A DNA stretch of 51,630 nt from Octopus sinensis. Taxonomy: Eukaryota. The stretch is taken from NCBI RefSeq assembly GCF_006345805.1, contig NW_021833842.1:1-51630 (forward strand), given 5' to 3'. Shown here one piece after another: positions 1 to 11,790 of the stretch (positions are counted from its first letter, which is position 1; each line of letters starts with the position of its first letter). Both the position numbers and the translations under genes were made by a program. Under the pieces are notes generated by a model that did not search any database, was not told where the DNA came from, and saw only the letters and a list, made by a program, of their open reading frames with translations.

Positions 1-47
1 CTTGTGAATCCATATTGCTGTATACATCAATACAAGTTAACAGCCAT
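1..47 (-). mobile_element. 5' end of a Buster-type hAT transposase running off the window edge
   Basis: Minus strand reads ATG GCT GTT AAC ... CAG CAA TAT GGA TTC ACA, matching the (M)VNK...YxQ(F/Y)GFTK start of the transposases at 3587 and 48600. Confidence 0.4.
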
Positions 48-313
48 GAAAAAGAATCATTGGAACTCGAAAATCTAAAATAATCAGAAAAAGGGAAATT
101 AATTATCGATATTACAGTTTTTGTAAAAATCCAAAAATATTACATAAATGATGAAAAAATCAGAAAAAGCACCTTTTAAGATCGATTAAATCCATTTGAA
201 ACCTTTCATTTGGTTTATTAGCAAAAACGTGAAATTCTGTATCATGGTCCTTTAAAGGTCCAGAAAAGCGGCAAATGTCACAGTTGATAACAACATCACG
301 GACGATTTCACGT

Positions 314-1528
314 TTAATAAAGCAGAGAAACTTCTTCCACTACTAGAAATTGTTCCTTGCTAAAAAAACTAGTGAGTGGATATTTTCTTGTTTTTATATT
401 TTTATCGAAATCAATTTTAATTGTAACATTATCTCCAATTGTGATATCTTTTTTTCGAAAATTTTTGTTTGCGTCTTCTGTAACTTTTCTTTTATACTTT
501 TCATTATGAGTTTTTACTTCTAAGGATAATTCCGTTTCTTCCGATTCTGAGTTAATCTCTTCTTCTGCGCCTCCACATGGCAAAATATTAAAACCCGTTA
601 TTCCGTAAAATAGACTGGGTAAATAAAAAGAGACTAACCAAAATTGTGACTTTCCAGTTGCGCGATGACAAGTTATGTTGTATTTATACACCACCTTCTG
701 TAGAATTTCTCTCCACCTTATAGATTCTGTTGCGAACAAAGTCTTCCCCAACCAACGTTTGAGAGTTTGGTTATATCTTTCTATTTGTCCTTGAGATTGT
801 GGGTGCCTTGGTCTTCCATATATCGGAGTTATTTTCCAATCATCAAGAAGTTTTGAAACTTCTTTGTTGCGGAATTCCTTTCCATTGTCCGAATGAAAAT
901 AAATTGGAGGACCGACAGTCTGGAATAAACTCTCAATTGCATTATAGATGCTTTGTGATGTTTTATTCTCTAACGCGAATGACCATGCAAACTTTGTGTA
1001 TGCATCGATGACAGTAAGTATCCATTTAAAATTGTCATTATTTGCAGAATACCGCCTTAGATCTATACAGTCGGCGATAAATCTTTCGTATTTTTTTTCC
1101 ACAGAAATCATTCTGATATTTTCACAAGTACTTAAAGAGTTAAATGATTGGCACGGTATGCATTTTGATACAAAATCACGAATTATACATTGTTTAATTC
1201 CAATATATTTTTGAGAAATTAGATAACACATTTTATTGAACCCAGGATGTCCTTCATTATGTTCATCACAAAGAATAGATTGAATCCTTTCATGTTCAAA
1301 AGGACATATAACAATTTTATGTGTTCCTGATTTGGAATAAGAGAATAATTGATCGTCTGCAAAATGAAGAGTTTTACACTTTCTTCGAATTGTTCGCTTT
1401 TTGGTTTCTGTCATTCCAGGTTCATATTTTTTAGACAATAGATATAGTAAAATAGAATCATATTCTCCTTTGCTATTGATGTGTATCGAGCGCACCATGA
1501 ACAGTTTAAAATTTATTCCCAAAATCAT
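314..1528 (-). mobile_element. Ginger/GIN-like (retroviral-type) DDE integrase ORF, 404 aa, with no RT or LTR nearby
   Basis: H-x3-GH...C-x2-C zinc motif (EHNEGHPG...CIPC) and core ADCIDL...IDAYTKFAW...HSDNGKEF...GRPRHPQSQGQIERYNQTLK with D-D-E intact. Confidence 0.85.
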
Positions 1529-1649
1529 AATAATTTGGAGTGATAAATCCGATTTATCACTCCGGACACTTAGAACTGGCCCGGACGCTATAACTTACGA
1601 CAATAACTAATTTGTGACTCCCGTTTTCAACACGATAATAAAGGCAGTC

Positions 1650-1790
1650 ATTTAATAGTATAAAAGATTTTGACTTGGTCAAAAGCCTTCTTTCCTAATA
1701 TCTATTTCTTGTCTTTACATCGATCCCTTGGAGAATTGACTTGATTTGATCATATTCATTGTTATTTCTTATATAACTTCTTTTGTTTTG
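1650..1790 (-). pseudogene. Remnant of a Ginger-like integrase N-terminus
   Basis: NEYDQIKSILQG...KKAF resembles the N-termini at 1528 and 11790. Confidence 0.4.
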
Positions 1791-2022
1791 GAAAACCAAA
1801 CGTGAACAATCCATAGTATATAGCAGCGGTTCTCAACCTTTTTTAGACTGGGGACCACTTTTGAACTATAAAATTTTGTGGGGACCACCTTAAATAAAAT
1901 AAACATTTTTTGGTATTAGCGCACAATTTTTGACCTCGTCAGGGCCAGGTTTAGACATGTTCGAATATTTATTATAAAAATAACATGAACATTATGAAAA
2001 TAACAGAAAATTTAATAGTAAT

Positions 2023-3587
2023 TTAGTGAGATTTCTGATCTTGTTTGTTCAGAATAATTTTACTTATATCAGGCTCTATGTTCGACAAAGCTACTCGCAT
2101 ATCATCTTGTACCCGTAGTCTATTTCTATATTTTGTTTTTAGAAAAGTCAGACACGACATCGCCATTTCACAGTGATAAGTAGTGGGGAATGCAAGTATT
2201 GATTCCAATGCAGTTTTACTCAAAATGGGGAATTCTTTCGCCATCTGACACCTAACAATAAAAAGTAATTATTAATGAGAATACCAAAAATCTAATAATG
2301 AAGTACATTTGAAAATAATCTGAGCAGACTGATTACATTGAAGTTCAATCAAGCTCTGCTGAAAATTGAGTTCCTGATATTCTTTAAATGAGGTCAAGAA
2401 AGGTTGAACGATCCAGTTTGGAATTGGGTCTTCAACAGGAAAATAATCATCAAATTTTGTCTTGAGATTTTCCAGATGTTTGATTATCAGACTTAGAAGA
2501 ACATTATCCGGTGGGTTGTGTCCGAGATGATATTCAAGCATTGGGAACATTGATGTTATTCCTTTTTTTATTTTCATTATCCACAATAATAACTTTTTTT
2601 AAAAGCCATTATTATTTGAGTTTGGAAAATTCGATAATTAAGTGGTCGAGATCGAATATAGTTTATCACTTTTACAATAGTGTTTAGTGTTTCTCTTAAC
2701 GACGAACACATAGTTTTTGAACAAAGTGCATATTTGTGCAATGCACAATGTCTTGTAATAATATCAGGAACCAAATCCTTAATACGAGTAACAAGTCCAG
2801 ATTGATGACCAATCATCGCAGGTGCACCATCAGTACATATAGATCCAACTTTATCTCATTGGATTTTATTCGTCTTCATAAAATTGTCAAAAATATTAAA
2901 GATGTCCTCTCCACGAGTGTGTCCATCCATCTCCAAACAAAATAAAAACTCATCAATAATATTCTCATCATCAACAAAGCGAACATAGGACACAAGCTGA
3001 CAGACGTTAGAAATGTCAGTTGACTCGTCCAATTGAATACTTATTCTGCATTTACTTTTATTGATTCTTTCAATTAATTGCTCCAGGATATCAGATGACA
3101 ATTCTGAAATTCTACGGGAAATTGAATCGTTGGATAATGGTATGTCCTTAAGTTTGGTAACTGCATCCGGACCAAACAAAATTCGAGCCATTTCAAGAGC
3201 CACTGGTTTGATTAACTTTTCACCAGAATTATGTGCAGCTTTGTTTTTTGCGATAATCATTGAGACCTATTTGTTTTAGATATAAATTAAAATTACAGCA
3301 TATGATGCTTCTAATCTCGGTTATTCTTGAGATTTATTAAACCACTCAAGCTTTGGCTGTGAATCAAACTTCGTTCTTTTGACTTTAAAATATTCATGTG
3401 AGGAAGAATTTTCTGGGTGTACAGACTCTTTGTGGCGCCTAAGTTGAGAAGGTTTCAGTGAATTGTTTCCCAAAATTTTATGGCAAATCATGCATTTTGC
3501 CTTTAATTCATTATTTGGGGCAATGAATTTAGTGAATCCAAATTGTACGTAGGAATCCGACCAAAGACGACGATTCTTGTTAACCAT
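2023..3587 (-). pseudogene. Fragmented ZBED5/SCAND3-like Buster transposase
   Basis: BED finger (CMIC...LKPSQLRRH), SIQLDESTDISN, HCALHK and the dimerisation motif FPTTYHCE...RNRL, split across five ORFs. Confidence 0.9.
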
Positions 3588-3677
3588 AACTAGAATGATA
3601 AACCACGCTAATCAAATCAGATTAATTTCAATGTTTTTGATTTATACTTAATTGTACAATTAGTTTTAAATTTAATA

Positions 3678-5300
3678 CAGTGAAACCTCTCGAATCCGCT
3701 GCTTCTCGAATCCGCCGCTTCTCGAATCCGCTTGTTTTAATCAAAAATTTGAAATTTCCTATGAATGATTCTTGAATCCGCTTGTTTCTCGAATCCGCTC
3801 CTCAAGTATTATGAAAAATAATTTTTTATCTAATTGTAAGTTAAATTAATTAACATTTTAAAATTTTCATTACACGTTAAATTGTATTTTTGTGATGCTT
3901 CGCTGTGTTAGACTTTCTGTCAACGAAAAATTTCTATACTACGTTATATTTCTGACAACCCATTCGTTTCTGCACCTCAAATTTCCAGGATTGTTTCTTC
4001 ACGGTTAAAAAAGAAAATTTCTCCGAGAACTATAAACGACCTTAAATCAAAATCGGACCTTTTGAATAGGACTGACATCAAAAAATTAAACCTAACGAGA
4101 ATTCCAAAACTCAAATTTAATGAAATTGATGTAGCGATGATAACATGGATTAACTTAATGGAATCTAGTGGAGCAATTCTATCAGATTCGATGTTAATTG
4201 CAAAAGCTCTTAAGTTTGGAAAAAATTTTCCAGAATTTAAAGCAAGTCGTGGGTGGCTAGAAAAGTTTAAATTACGAAATGGTATCAAGTTAAGAAAATT
4301 ACACGGAAACAGTGGATCAGTAAATCATGATGAAAAATCTATTACTGATTTTAATGAAACAATGAGTTTAAAAATTGAACAATATGGATTGGACAATGTT
4401 TATAATGCAGATGAAACTGGTGTTTTTTACAAGGCGATTCCTTCCAAAAGTGTGTGTACCAAATCACGGCCTGGAATAAAGTTGTCGAAGGATCGATTTT
4501 CGTTACTATTATGCGCAAATTGTTCTGGTTCCGATAAAAGAAGGCCTGTGATGATAGGAAGATTCAAAAGTCCAAGGTGTTTTAAAAATTTCAACATTGG
4601 AAAATATGTTACCTACACCCATTCCAATAAGGCATGGATGAACCGTGAAATTTTTAACAAGTGACTCAGTGATTTTGATTGTGAACTTGCAAAGAAAAAA
4701 AGAAAAATTCTACTTGTAATAGATCAATGTCCATCTCATCAAATTATTTAATAATTATACTTAGGAAACACTTATTGAAGAGGAATCAAATGAGAAAAAA
4801 GTTGATCTCTCAGAAGCCTTCAGAGCTCTAGAGATTATTAAAACTTATGCTTCTCAGGTAAATGCAGATATAGATGATCATGAAAATATTATGCGAATTG
4901 GGGAAATGTTAAGAAAATCAATTAAAAAATAAAATTGGTCCAATTTAACGCATTTAGTGGTCCAATTTAACGCATTCAAGCTTAGAATCTTTCCTTTTGT
5001 TATTACATCAAGCATTCGTAATTTTATCGAGGGTTAAAATTCTAAAAAAAGTAAAAAATGTCACACTCACCAGAATAAACGGTTTTTTATTGCGCTTGTG
5101 TAATTAAAATTTTCAATTTAGACATATAACACAATACAAAAAAATATAACAAAATTGATTTAGGGTTAATTTAATGATCCCTTTCGATATCGACAAAGAA
5201 AAATCACGGTTATCTTTGCAAAATATGCCGTATTTAAAAAAACGGTTTTTTTTTGCACCTAGTGTATAAAATATTATTTAAATTGCCTCTCGAATCCGCC
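3678..5300 (+). mobile_element. pogo/Tigger element with an internally deleted transposase (about 3896-4930), nested in the hAT
   Basis: TA followed by CAGTGAAACCTCTCGAATCCGC; repeated CTCGAATCCGC motifs; CENP-B HTH (ASRGWLEKFKLR), YNADETG, KAWM and LLVIDQCPSH; right TIR missing. Confidence 0.9.
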
Positions 5301-6229
5301 GCCCACCAAAAAATTTTCTGGGGACCACGGTTGAGAACCCCTGACCTAAATGATGAAATTTCAAATAATTTAACCATTAAAAGAAACTACATCCCGAAAT
5401 ATTCCTTTGAATCCATTTAAATATATAAATAAAGGTAAACCAAATAAAGACAACATCGCTACATAATGGATCAACAGCGTGGTCACACGTGCCTTAATTC
5501 ATTAGTTTTGCCATTGAAATAAATAATTAAACAATATTTAATTAAAAATGAACTATATTTTAATTAAAACACAATTTTAAATATGATTAACTTAATATGT
5601 TACTCATGCTTATTTCATAAAAAAAATTAAATTTTAAATATCATTAGTTCTCATGCATTACATAAAAAAAGTCTCGAATAAGTTTCTGATCCAGAGGAAA
5701 AAATTCAAATAAAAAGACTATATTTCGCCACTTAATCCTACCAAAAATATTTAAATCCAAATAAAAATGTAATTGATATTTATTCCAGCTATCTCTTTTT
5801 GGCTTTTTATCCGCCAATTTCTGCCAGGCTCATGGCTGGAATACAGCGTCTGTGTACTCTACAGGTTTCACTGATGTCTCTTGGTGGCTACTTTCTCACT
5901 CAGTCGCTCATTAATTTCCTCAATATCTATTAAAATAATCGTTACGTGATTCACCGCCGTAGTTGAAAGGTTGCCTTTACTGGAAACTCGATCTTGACGA
6001 ATGACGCCACCATGATTCTAAGTACCAGATGAATCTCGGATGGAACGTGTTAAAATCCTAGTCTAAGAAACAGCCGAACGCCAATGAATAAAAATAAAAG
6101 AATTTAAAAAGAATGAGCACCTTCATTCATTCCGGATTAATTAGATTTACTAGCATACTCGTTCTCTCTCTTGTTCTTGCAAAACTGTGTGGCTGGCACA
6201 TGCAAAATCTTAGGCACATACGTACAAAC

Positions 6230-6480
6230 ACTTGTTCACCTCCGGAGCAAACCTCAGGAATAGAATATGCAAGAAAGATTTAATCGTTGAAAAAGTTGGC
6301 CTCGAAATTAATCTGAAAAATATGAGATCATAATTTGAATCCTAGTCAAGCTGATTTGGGGTTTATCATAAATGAGTATGGACACACCATCATGACGTTA
6401 AAATAACTTGAAAGGAAGATCTATAAATGTGTGATCACCAATATTGAAATTCTGTAGGAAAAAATCTTCTTGTTTTACTG
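6230..6480 (+). pseudogene. Degenerate LINE RT fragment
   Basis: MQER...KVGLEINLK resembles the late RT motif (xGLxINxxKT). Confidence 0.3.
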
Positions 6481-6659
6481 GACGCACATGACGAACTGTT
6501 CCTCCTAAAAAGTATATATTTCTGACTAGGCTTATGTATTTTATACGCTCTGCTTCATGTGTCCAATGAAAATTTAAATTATTTAAACTCAGAATGATAA
6601 CTCGAGTTTGTTTCGAAATATTTGCAACAATAATTAGTTTATTGTAAATATTTTTCTTC

Positions 6660-6800
6660 TGAAACTAAAAAAACGGTGTTTGAAAGATGAAAAAAGAGTG
6701 TTTCAAAAAATGAGAAATTCTTTATTTTTGACAACGATCGATGCAAAAATACATTGTTTGATATGCAACCAGTTAATCGCTATACCAAAGAAACATTAAC
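6660..6800 (+). pseudogene. GTF2IRD2/SPIN-type hAT transposase N-terminal remnant
   Basis: KRCLKDEKRVFQ...IHCLICNQLIAIPK BED-like start. Confidence 0.55.
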
Positions 6801-7150
6801 GTATAGAACATCTTTTGGACATGATGAAATCGGATTTATCAAAAAGAGCAGCCAAATACATTAATTAATTGGAGATACGGTTATTGGAATTTGGGGCATC
6901 TACAGTGGCCGACAACAAAATTTAAAAGATTTAAAATAAAATTATTTGCAATAAGGAAATCAATACGAAAAAATACCTAGAAAATCGAGTTACGTCCATG
7001 AAAAAGAAGTTTTAACTTTATGAGGCACGCGGGGAATGTAAATTTATTAAATGTCACCGTCCGCTGAACGGACCACGCCTTTAAATGAAACAATATCAAA
7101 ATGTCATTTTCATTAATTCTATCCATATAAAATATGAAAAACTTATGGAA

Positions 7151-7398
7151 TTAACCGGCAAGTATTTTCGGATTTGACTCGACCATTTCTTGCATATAAT
7201 CTCGTACGGTATTTGAATTTTTTGAATATCGAAAACCACCTCTTAAATCATCCTTAAAGCCTTCTTTTATCCACCTGTATGCAGTTGTTCTTTTATTCCG
7301 AGAGAACATGCAACTTGATTCCAATCCCCATCATTTTCGTAAACGGTCAACAAATTTTTTCTTTTTTCAGCTAATTCTTTCTTTTTATTAACGTTCAT
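7151..7398 (-). pseudogene. IS630/Tc1-like transposase N-terminal HTH with one homopolymer frameshift
   Basis: VYENDGDWNQVACSLGIKRTTAYRWI...RGG...VESNP is restored by adding one A at 7291. Confidence 0.6.
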
Positions 7399-7431
7399 TA
7401 ATAAATGAATTCAATAACCGACTTGAATCCT

Positions 7432-7565
7432 TTGAACTTGAAAATCCATATTGAATTTGGAAAATCCCACTTTGAACTTGGAAATCTCATATTAAATTTG
7501 GAAAATCCCACTTTGAAATAGGAAATCCCATATTGAATTTGAAATTCCCATATTGAACTTGAAAA
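7432..7565. repeat. Minisatellite, about 6.5 units of 19-21 bp (TTGAAYTTGGAAATCCCAYA)
   Basis: Units start at 7432, 7451, 7472, 7492, 7513, 7533 and 7553. Confidence 0.9.
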
Positions 7566-7708
7566 GGTATAGATGTTGACATGGCACGTTATTTGTTGAG
7601 AGTTTATTTATTTTGTCTAAATAGAATAAATTCACTTTTACTTAAAATTTACTTTAATAATAAAAAAAATTTTCGAAGACAAGTAATCATGAACCTCAAT
7701 ATCTAAAC

Positions 7709-8808
7709 CAAGGGTTCTCAACCTTTTTAGCTCAAGGGCCAAATCGATATTAAGATTAGCTTGCGGGCCGCACAAAATATTTTATATATTTTTATATTTT
7801 CCATTTTATTTTTTTTTCGCGAAAGTAGATTTTAATTGACAACGAAAATCGTTAAGTCCCAGCGGCGAGGACGCAGTGTGCGTTGCCCGAACAATAACCA
7901 GGCCGATGCGCTGGCGGAACCAGAGGCCCTCTCTCGTGTCCTTGAGCCTCCTCCCAATGGACTGCCCGACCTCGTTGAGGAACGAGTCAGTATCTTTCCC
8001 GCAGCTCCAGCGGTCTCCAGGGCGATTGCCGTGACGCGGTAGCGGTCCGCGAGATTTTGAAAAGGTATCCACAACGGTAACATCCCATACGAGGGCCTTC
8101 CCGACAAGTACGGGATATTGTCATCCCGTCAGGCCTTTTGCCATGCCCGTCGAGTCCGACCGGGTTCGAGGAGGCCCGAATGGCCCACCGATCGAGAACG
8201 CCTTAACGATTTCATTAAGGGCCTTGTGTCTGTGGTACCTGCCTGCGCTCTCTTGCAGGAAGTGGGTGCAGTCCCTTTTCGTCAACGTCCTCACCGCATC
8301 TGCAGCGGTGTTTTGCACAACATCCAGGCCGAGACGGTGAGCCACTCCGATGCGTATGGGAGATCGTCCTTTCTCTAATTCCATTTTTACTAAATATGAT
8401 TCGCATAAATATTAGATTCATATAATGCATTGTGTGTTATATTTCTGAATTGTATTGAGTAATTAATTCGTAAAAAATTAATAATGGACGCATTTTGAAC
8501 AATGCCGCCAGTTCTATATCATGTGTAAATTAATGAGTTCTAGTTGAAACTTTGCAGCGCATCCTTAATTTCACGCTGAATGGAGTTGCGAATATTTTCA
8601 TTAAAGGAAGGACTAATCTAAATCTAAAAATTAAAATTTTATATAAATGTACCCAAAACGTGCTTCAAATTGATTAAGGAAATCACCATTATGGATATGT
8701 TTAACCTTAAGAATGAATAGTTAAATTTAAAACATTATAAAAATTAAAAAAGTTAGTTACTCTAGAGTCCGCCAAAAAAATCCCAGGGGCCGCATTTGAG
8801 AACCGCTG
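7709..8808. mobile_element. Non-autonomous Buster-type hAT element
   Basis: CAAGGGTTCTCAA ... TTGAGAACCGCTG with a degenerate TSD (atctaaac / atcaaacc). Confidence 0.8.
7808..8378 (-). mobile_element. 5'-truncated CRE-like (REL) non-LTR retrotransposon
   Basis: CRCGEDVDEKGLH...RH zinc knuckle, KRPDG, WDVTVVDT and QRIG...GN; poly(A) tail; 9-bp TSD ttccatttt (7799-7807, 8379-8387). Confidence 0.9.
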
Positions 8809-8839
8809 ATCAAACCCAGAATCAATGGGAATGTCCGGC

Positions 8840-9140
8840 TTGAGCTAAAATTAATATTTTGATAGTAAAAAATCATCTCTTTTTATAAAACGTTTTTGGA
8901 AATTTTGAATATTTTCAATCGCATTAGCAATTCAAAAGTAAAAAGAGAAACTTTTCAACTTTCTGTATTTATTTGAGGGATAATTGAAGCATTCTAATTT
9001 GTTAACAGTTGTCAAAATTATTCCAATGACAGGTACAGTGTCTGGAATTGACGTTTTAAAGCATTTAATGAAAACTTTTAATAAAATTCAATATCATACT
9101 TTAAAAATTTGTTGAAATTACGACAGAAGCACTTCCATGC
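8840..9140 (+). pseudogene. GTF2IRD2-type hAT transposase core remnant
   Basis: QLSVFI...IIPMTGTVSGIDV...EIT T-like motifs. Confidence 0.55.
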
Positions 9141-9194
9141 TCAAGAAAAAAAATTTTCTCCTTCAAATTGAAATTCTTTGAAAATGGTTGTCAA

Positions 9195-9535
9195 TATTCG
9201 TTCCACCTGTTTGGACACGTTCTCGCTAGGAAATCTCGCACTATCCGCCGCCAATCCTGGGCACGCTTCGAGGCAGGCCGAGGACCGAAAGATTCTCAAG
9301 TACGGCCACCTCTCCAACTCGCTGTTCTTTACTCCTATTGCCGTGGAGTCCTTCCGGGATCTTCGGCCCCAAGACACTCCGCTTCCTTCGCTCGCTCGGT
9401 CGACGGATTTCAAGGACAAGCCACAATCCAAGAGAGTATTCTTGGCTCCTGGAACGTCTGTCGATTGCTGTGATCCGAGGGAACGGCTTCGCCATTCACA
9501 AAACTGGCCGGGGTCTCGTGAGGTCATTAATTAGC
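9195..9535 (+). mobile_element. CRE-like REL 3' fragment (family C)
   Basis: STCLDTFS...AEDRKILKY...PIAVES...LERLSIAVIRGNG; related to 20290-20645. Confidence 0.85.
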
Positions 9536-9568
9536 TTAGCTATCTTTTTACTTTTATAAATCACATTA

Positions 9569-10145
9569 CAGTCAAATTCCGCCCAACAACAACACCCCGC
9601 TTAAATTGTTTTTTCTTCCGAAAACACAACATCTTTGATTCAACCTCTAGACATGGGTATAATAAAATGTTTTAAAGTATATTACACAAACTTCCTAATG
9701 GAATTTATGTTCGATTTGAAAGAAGATACAACAATTATCCTAATCTGTGAAAAATATAGAATCGCGAATTTTATAATGGAATTGGGATAGAGGACAACAA
9801 CGATATTAGAAACGTATGAAATGATAGATAAGTTGGAAAATGTAGCGCAAAATACATATTTATGAGTTTAGATTTCAACTTGGAAAAGATTTAAGAAATA
9901 AGAAAAATTTGAAATTGACTGATTATTTCAAAAAAATGTTTTAAAAATAATGATTTATTTTAAGCACAAATTATTGTATTATCGGCATATAAACACTTTG
10001 AAAGATGTGAAAGAGTTCTTTGTTCGCAAGTAAACCAAAATTTAAATTTAATGAACTATAATTCAATAGTTTGAACCAAACCCCTGTTTGGAAGGGTACC
10101 CCCGCTTTCTGGGGCACTTTGGTGCCCCACCCCGGGGTAAGACTG
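9569..10145 (+). mobile_element. Tigger remnant with DDE C-terminal part and right end
   Basis: [21 protein letters not shown] at 9610-9690; right end GGGGTAAGACTG|TA and TGGGGCAC motif shared with the 51024 family. Confidence 0.6.
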
Positions 10146-10727
10146 TATTAATAAAAAAAATATTCGCTTCCTATCATTAAAATCGTTTTAATTAAAATAA
10201 CGTTTTTTTTTATTAATAATTGTTTAATTAATCTTAATTATAAATAAAAAATATAATAAATTAAGCCACGTTAAGCACTTGTGGGTTTATAATGTCGTGC
10301 GTTTTTCACTATTTAGTCGTTTTTTATATTTATATTTAATTTGGATTTAAAGGGAATAATTCATGATGTAATTTCTTTTAATGATTAAGTTATCTGAAAT
10401 TCCATCCTTTTTGTGATATTGTCCTATTTTATTTCCTTGATCTGTTTTATTTTACATACCTTGAAATTTCTGAATTACTATTATTTTCTTTGAAATTTTT
10501 ATCTTATTTATCCCTATTTTTGTTATATTGCATTTTTATTAATTTTTCAATTGTATTTATTGTTTCATGAATCAAATAGTCTATATGTGATGTCAATTTA
10601 TCATTTTGCCTGTCACAGTAATTGTCAAAATTATTTGAATTTGTTTCTAATCAATAATTGTTTCGATAATACAAAATTTATTAAAATTAAGCGTCTAGGT
10701 TTTTCTACTCGATTCATATTAATTTTT

Positions 10728-11575
10728 TTGTTGACAATTTTTAAACGAAAAAAAATCTAGCTATTAAGTACTGGCTTTTTTTTCAACGAGTACAAAATGT
10801 CACTGAAAAGTATTATAAATCGTCACGCTCCGGCAGCCAGTATCGCGTGCGTGTTGCCACGAAGAACTGCAATTCCGATACGTTGGCGAAGCCAATACCC
10901 CTCGCGACTGTCCCTCCTTCGTTTAGCCAGCATCGCCCCAATTTCCTTGAGAAATTCCGCGGTTTTGGATCCCACTACACCAGACGTCTCTATCGAGATT
11001 GGGACAAAACGGAAAAGTTTTCCGATCTCCAAATACTTAGATATCTTCGCCTTTTCTGCTGCATTAGCAGCCCAACCGGACGAATGAATATTCCGAAGAA
11101 TCGTGGACTGGGAGAACGTGTCTACGCACGTCGCATTCCATGCGAGTGATTTTCCCTGGGAGTACGGGAAAAGAGTTATCCCATCGGGCCTTCTGCCATC
11201 TTCCCGGTCAAGCCCGACGGGTTCCAGGTGTGCTGGAAATCCTGCGCTCTCGAGGGCCCGTCGTATTATGTCGTTGAGTGCGGCATGGCGGGGAGCGCGA
11301 CCTGCACTCCTCTTGCAAGACAAAGGGTGTAGTACTGGCTTGCAGGATTGAAAGACAATTCCCACGTAAAGCAGCCAGCGAGATCTTTTGAATAAGGAAT
11401 ATAAATTCCCTGAGATCTCTGGAGCGATGGATGCACAGACAGCCAAGTTTCTTAAGATGAGCAAGCGTCTTGGCCCCAAAAACACAGGGAATCTCGACGG
11501 CAATTGCCCAAAAGCAAAATCGATCGCGAAAATCTTTGTATTTTGTTAGTTTCGCGAATTCGGCTTTCCCGGCCG
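10728..11575 (-). mobile_element. CRE-like REL 3' fragment (family A), split by a second CRE insertion
   Basis: AEFAKLTKY...FWAIAVE...QKISLAALRGN; collinear with 19026-19260, and its 3' UTR resumes at 10766. Confidence 0.85.
10778..11330 (-). mobile_element. 5'-truncated CRE-like element (family B) with an intact REL reading frame
   Basis: HPLSC...RH...LEPVGLDREDGRRPDG...AEKAKISKY...FVPISIETSG...QRIGIAVLRGN; poly(A) tail; 11-bp TSD agtactggctt (10767-10777, 11331-11341). Confidence 0.92.
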
Positions 11576-11790
11576 ATTTTTTGGCTAGCCACCAATTTCA
11601 TCTCGTCAACTTTGTCCGTCGAAATCACTAATTTGTGATTTCCGCACGGCTGTTTGAGGTATATTCTTCCATTGATTAAAATAAACTTTTCAGCTTTCTT
11701 TTTAAGGCAGTAAACTTTTTGTCTCGATTGATTTTCGATATTTTGTCCATTTAAAACTTTTTCTAGCAATCGATACTCATCCATATCTCT
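11576..11790 (-). pseudogene. Ginger-like integrase N-terminal remnant
   Basis: MDEYRLLEKVL...KKKAEKFILINGRIYLK...HKLVI parallels the N-terminus of the 314-1528 ORF. Confidence 0.55.

Larger units (their letters stand above)
1824..5343 (-). mobile_element. Buster-subfamily hAT transposon, decayed
   Basis: TIRs CAGCGGTTCTCAACC (1824) and GGTTGAGAACCCCTG (to 5343); subterminal GGGGACCAC motifs; both flanks have a central TA (gtaTAtag, accTAaat). Confidence 0.85.

Noticed and set aside
10110-10129. GC hairpin TGGGGCAC-TTTG-GTGCCCCA as a Helitron 3' end
   Set aside because: No CTRR terminus follows, and the motif is better explained as a Tigger subterminal repeat shared with 51024.
10823-11503. 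226-aa ORF as a novel fusion gene
   Set aside because: It starts at TTG in an off-frame reading of CRE family A and continues into family B only by chance of the insertion point.
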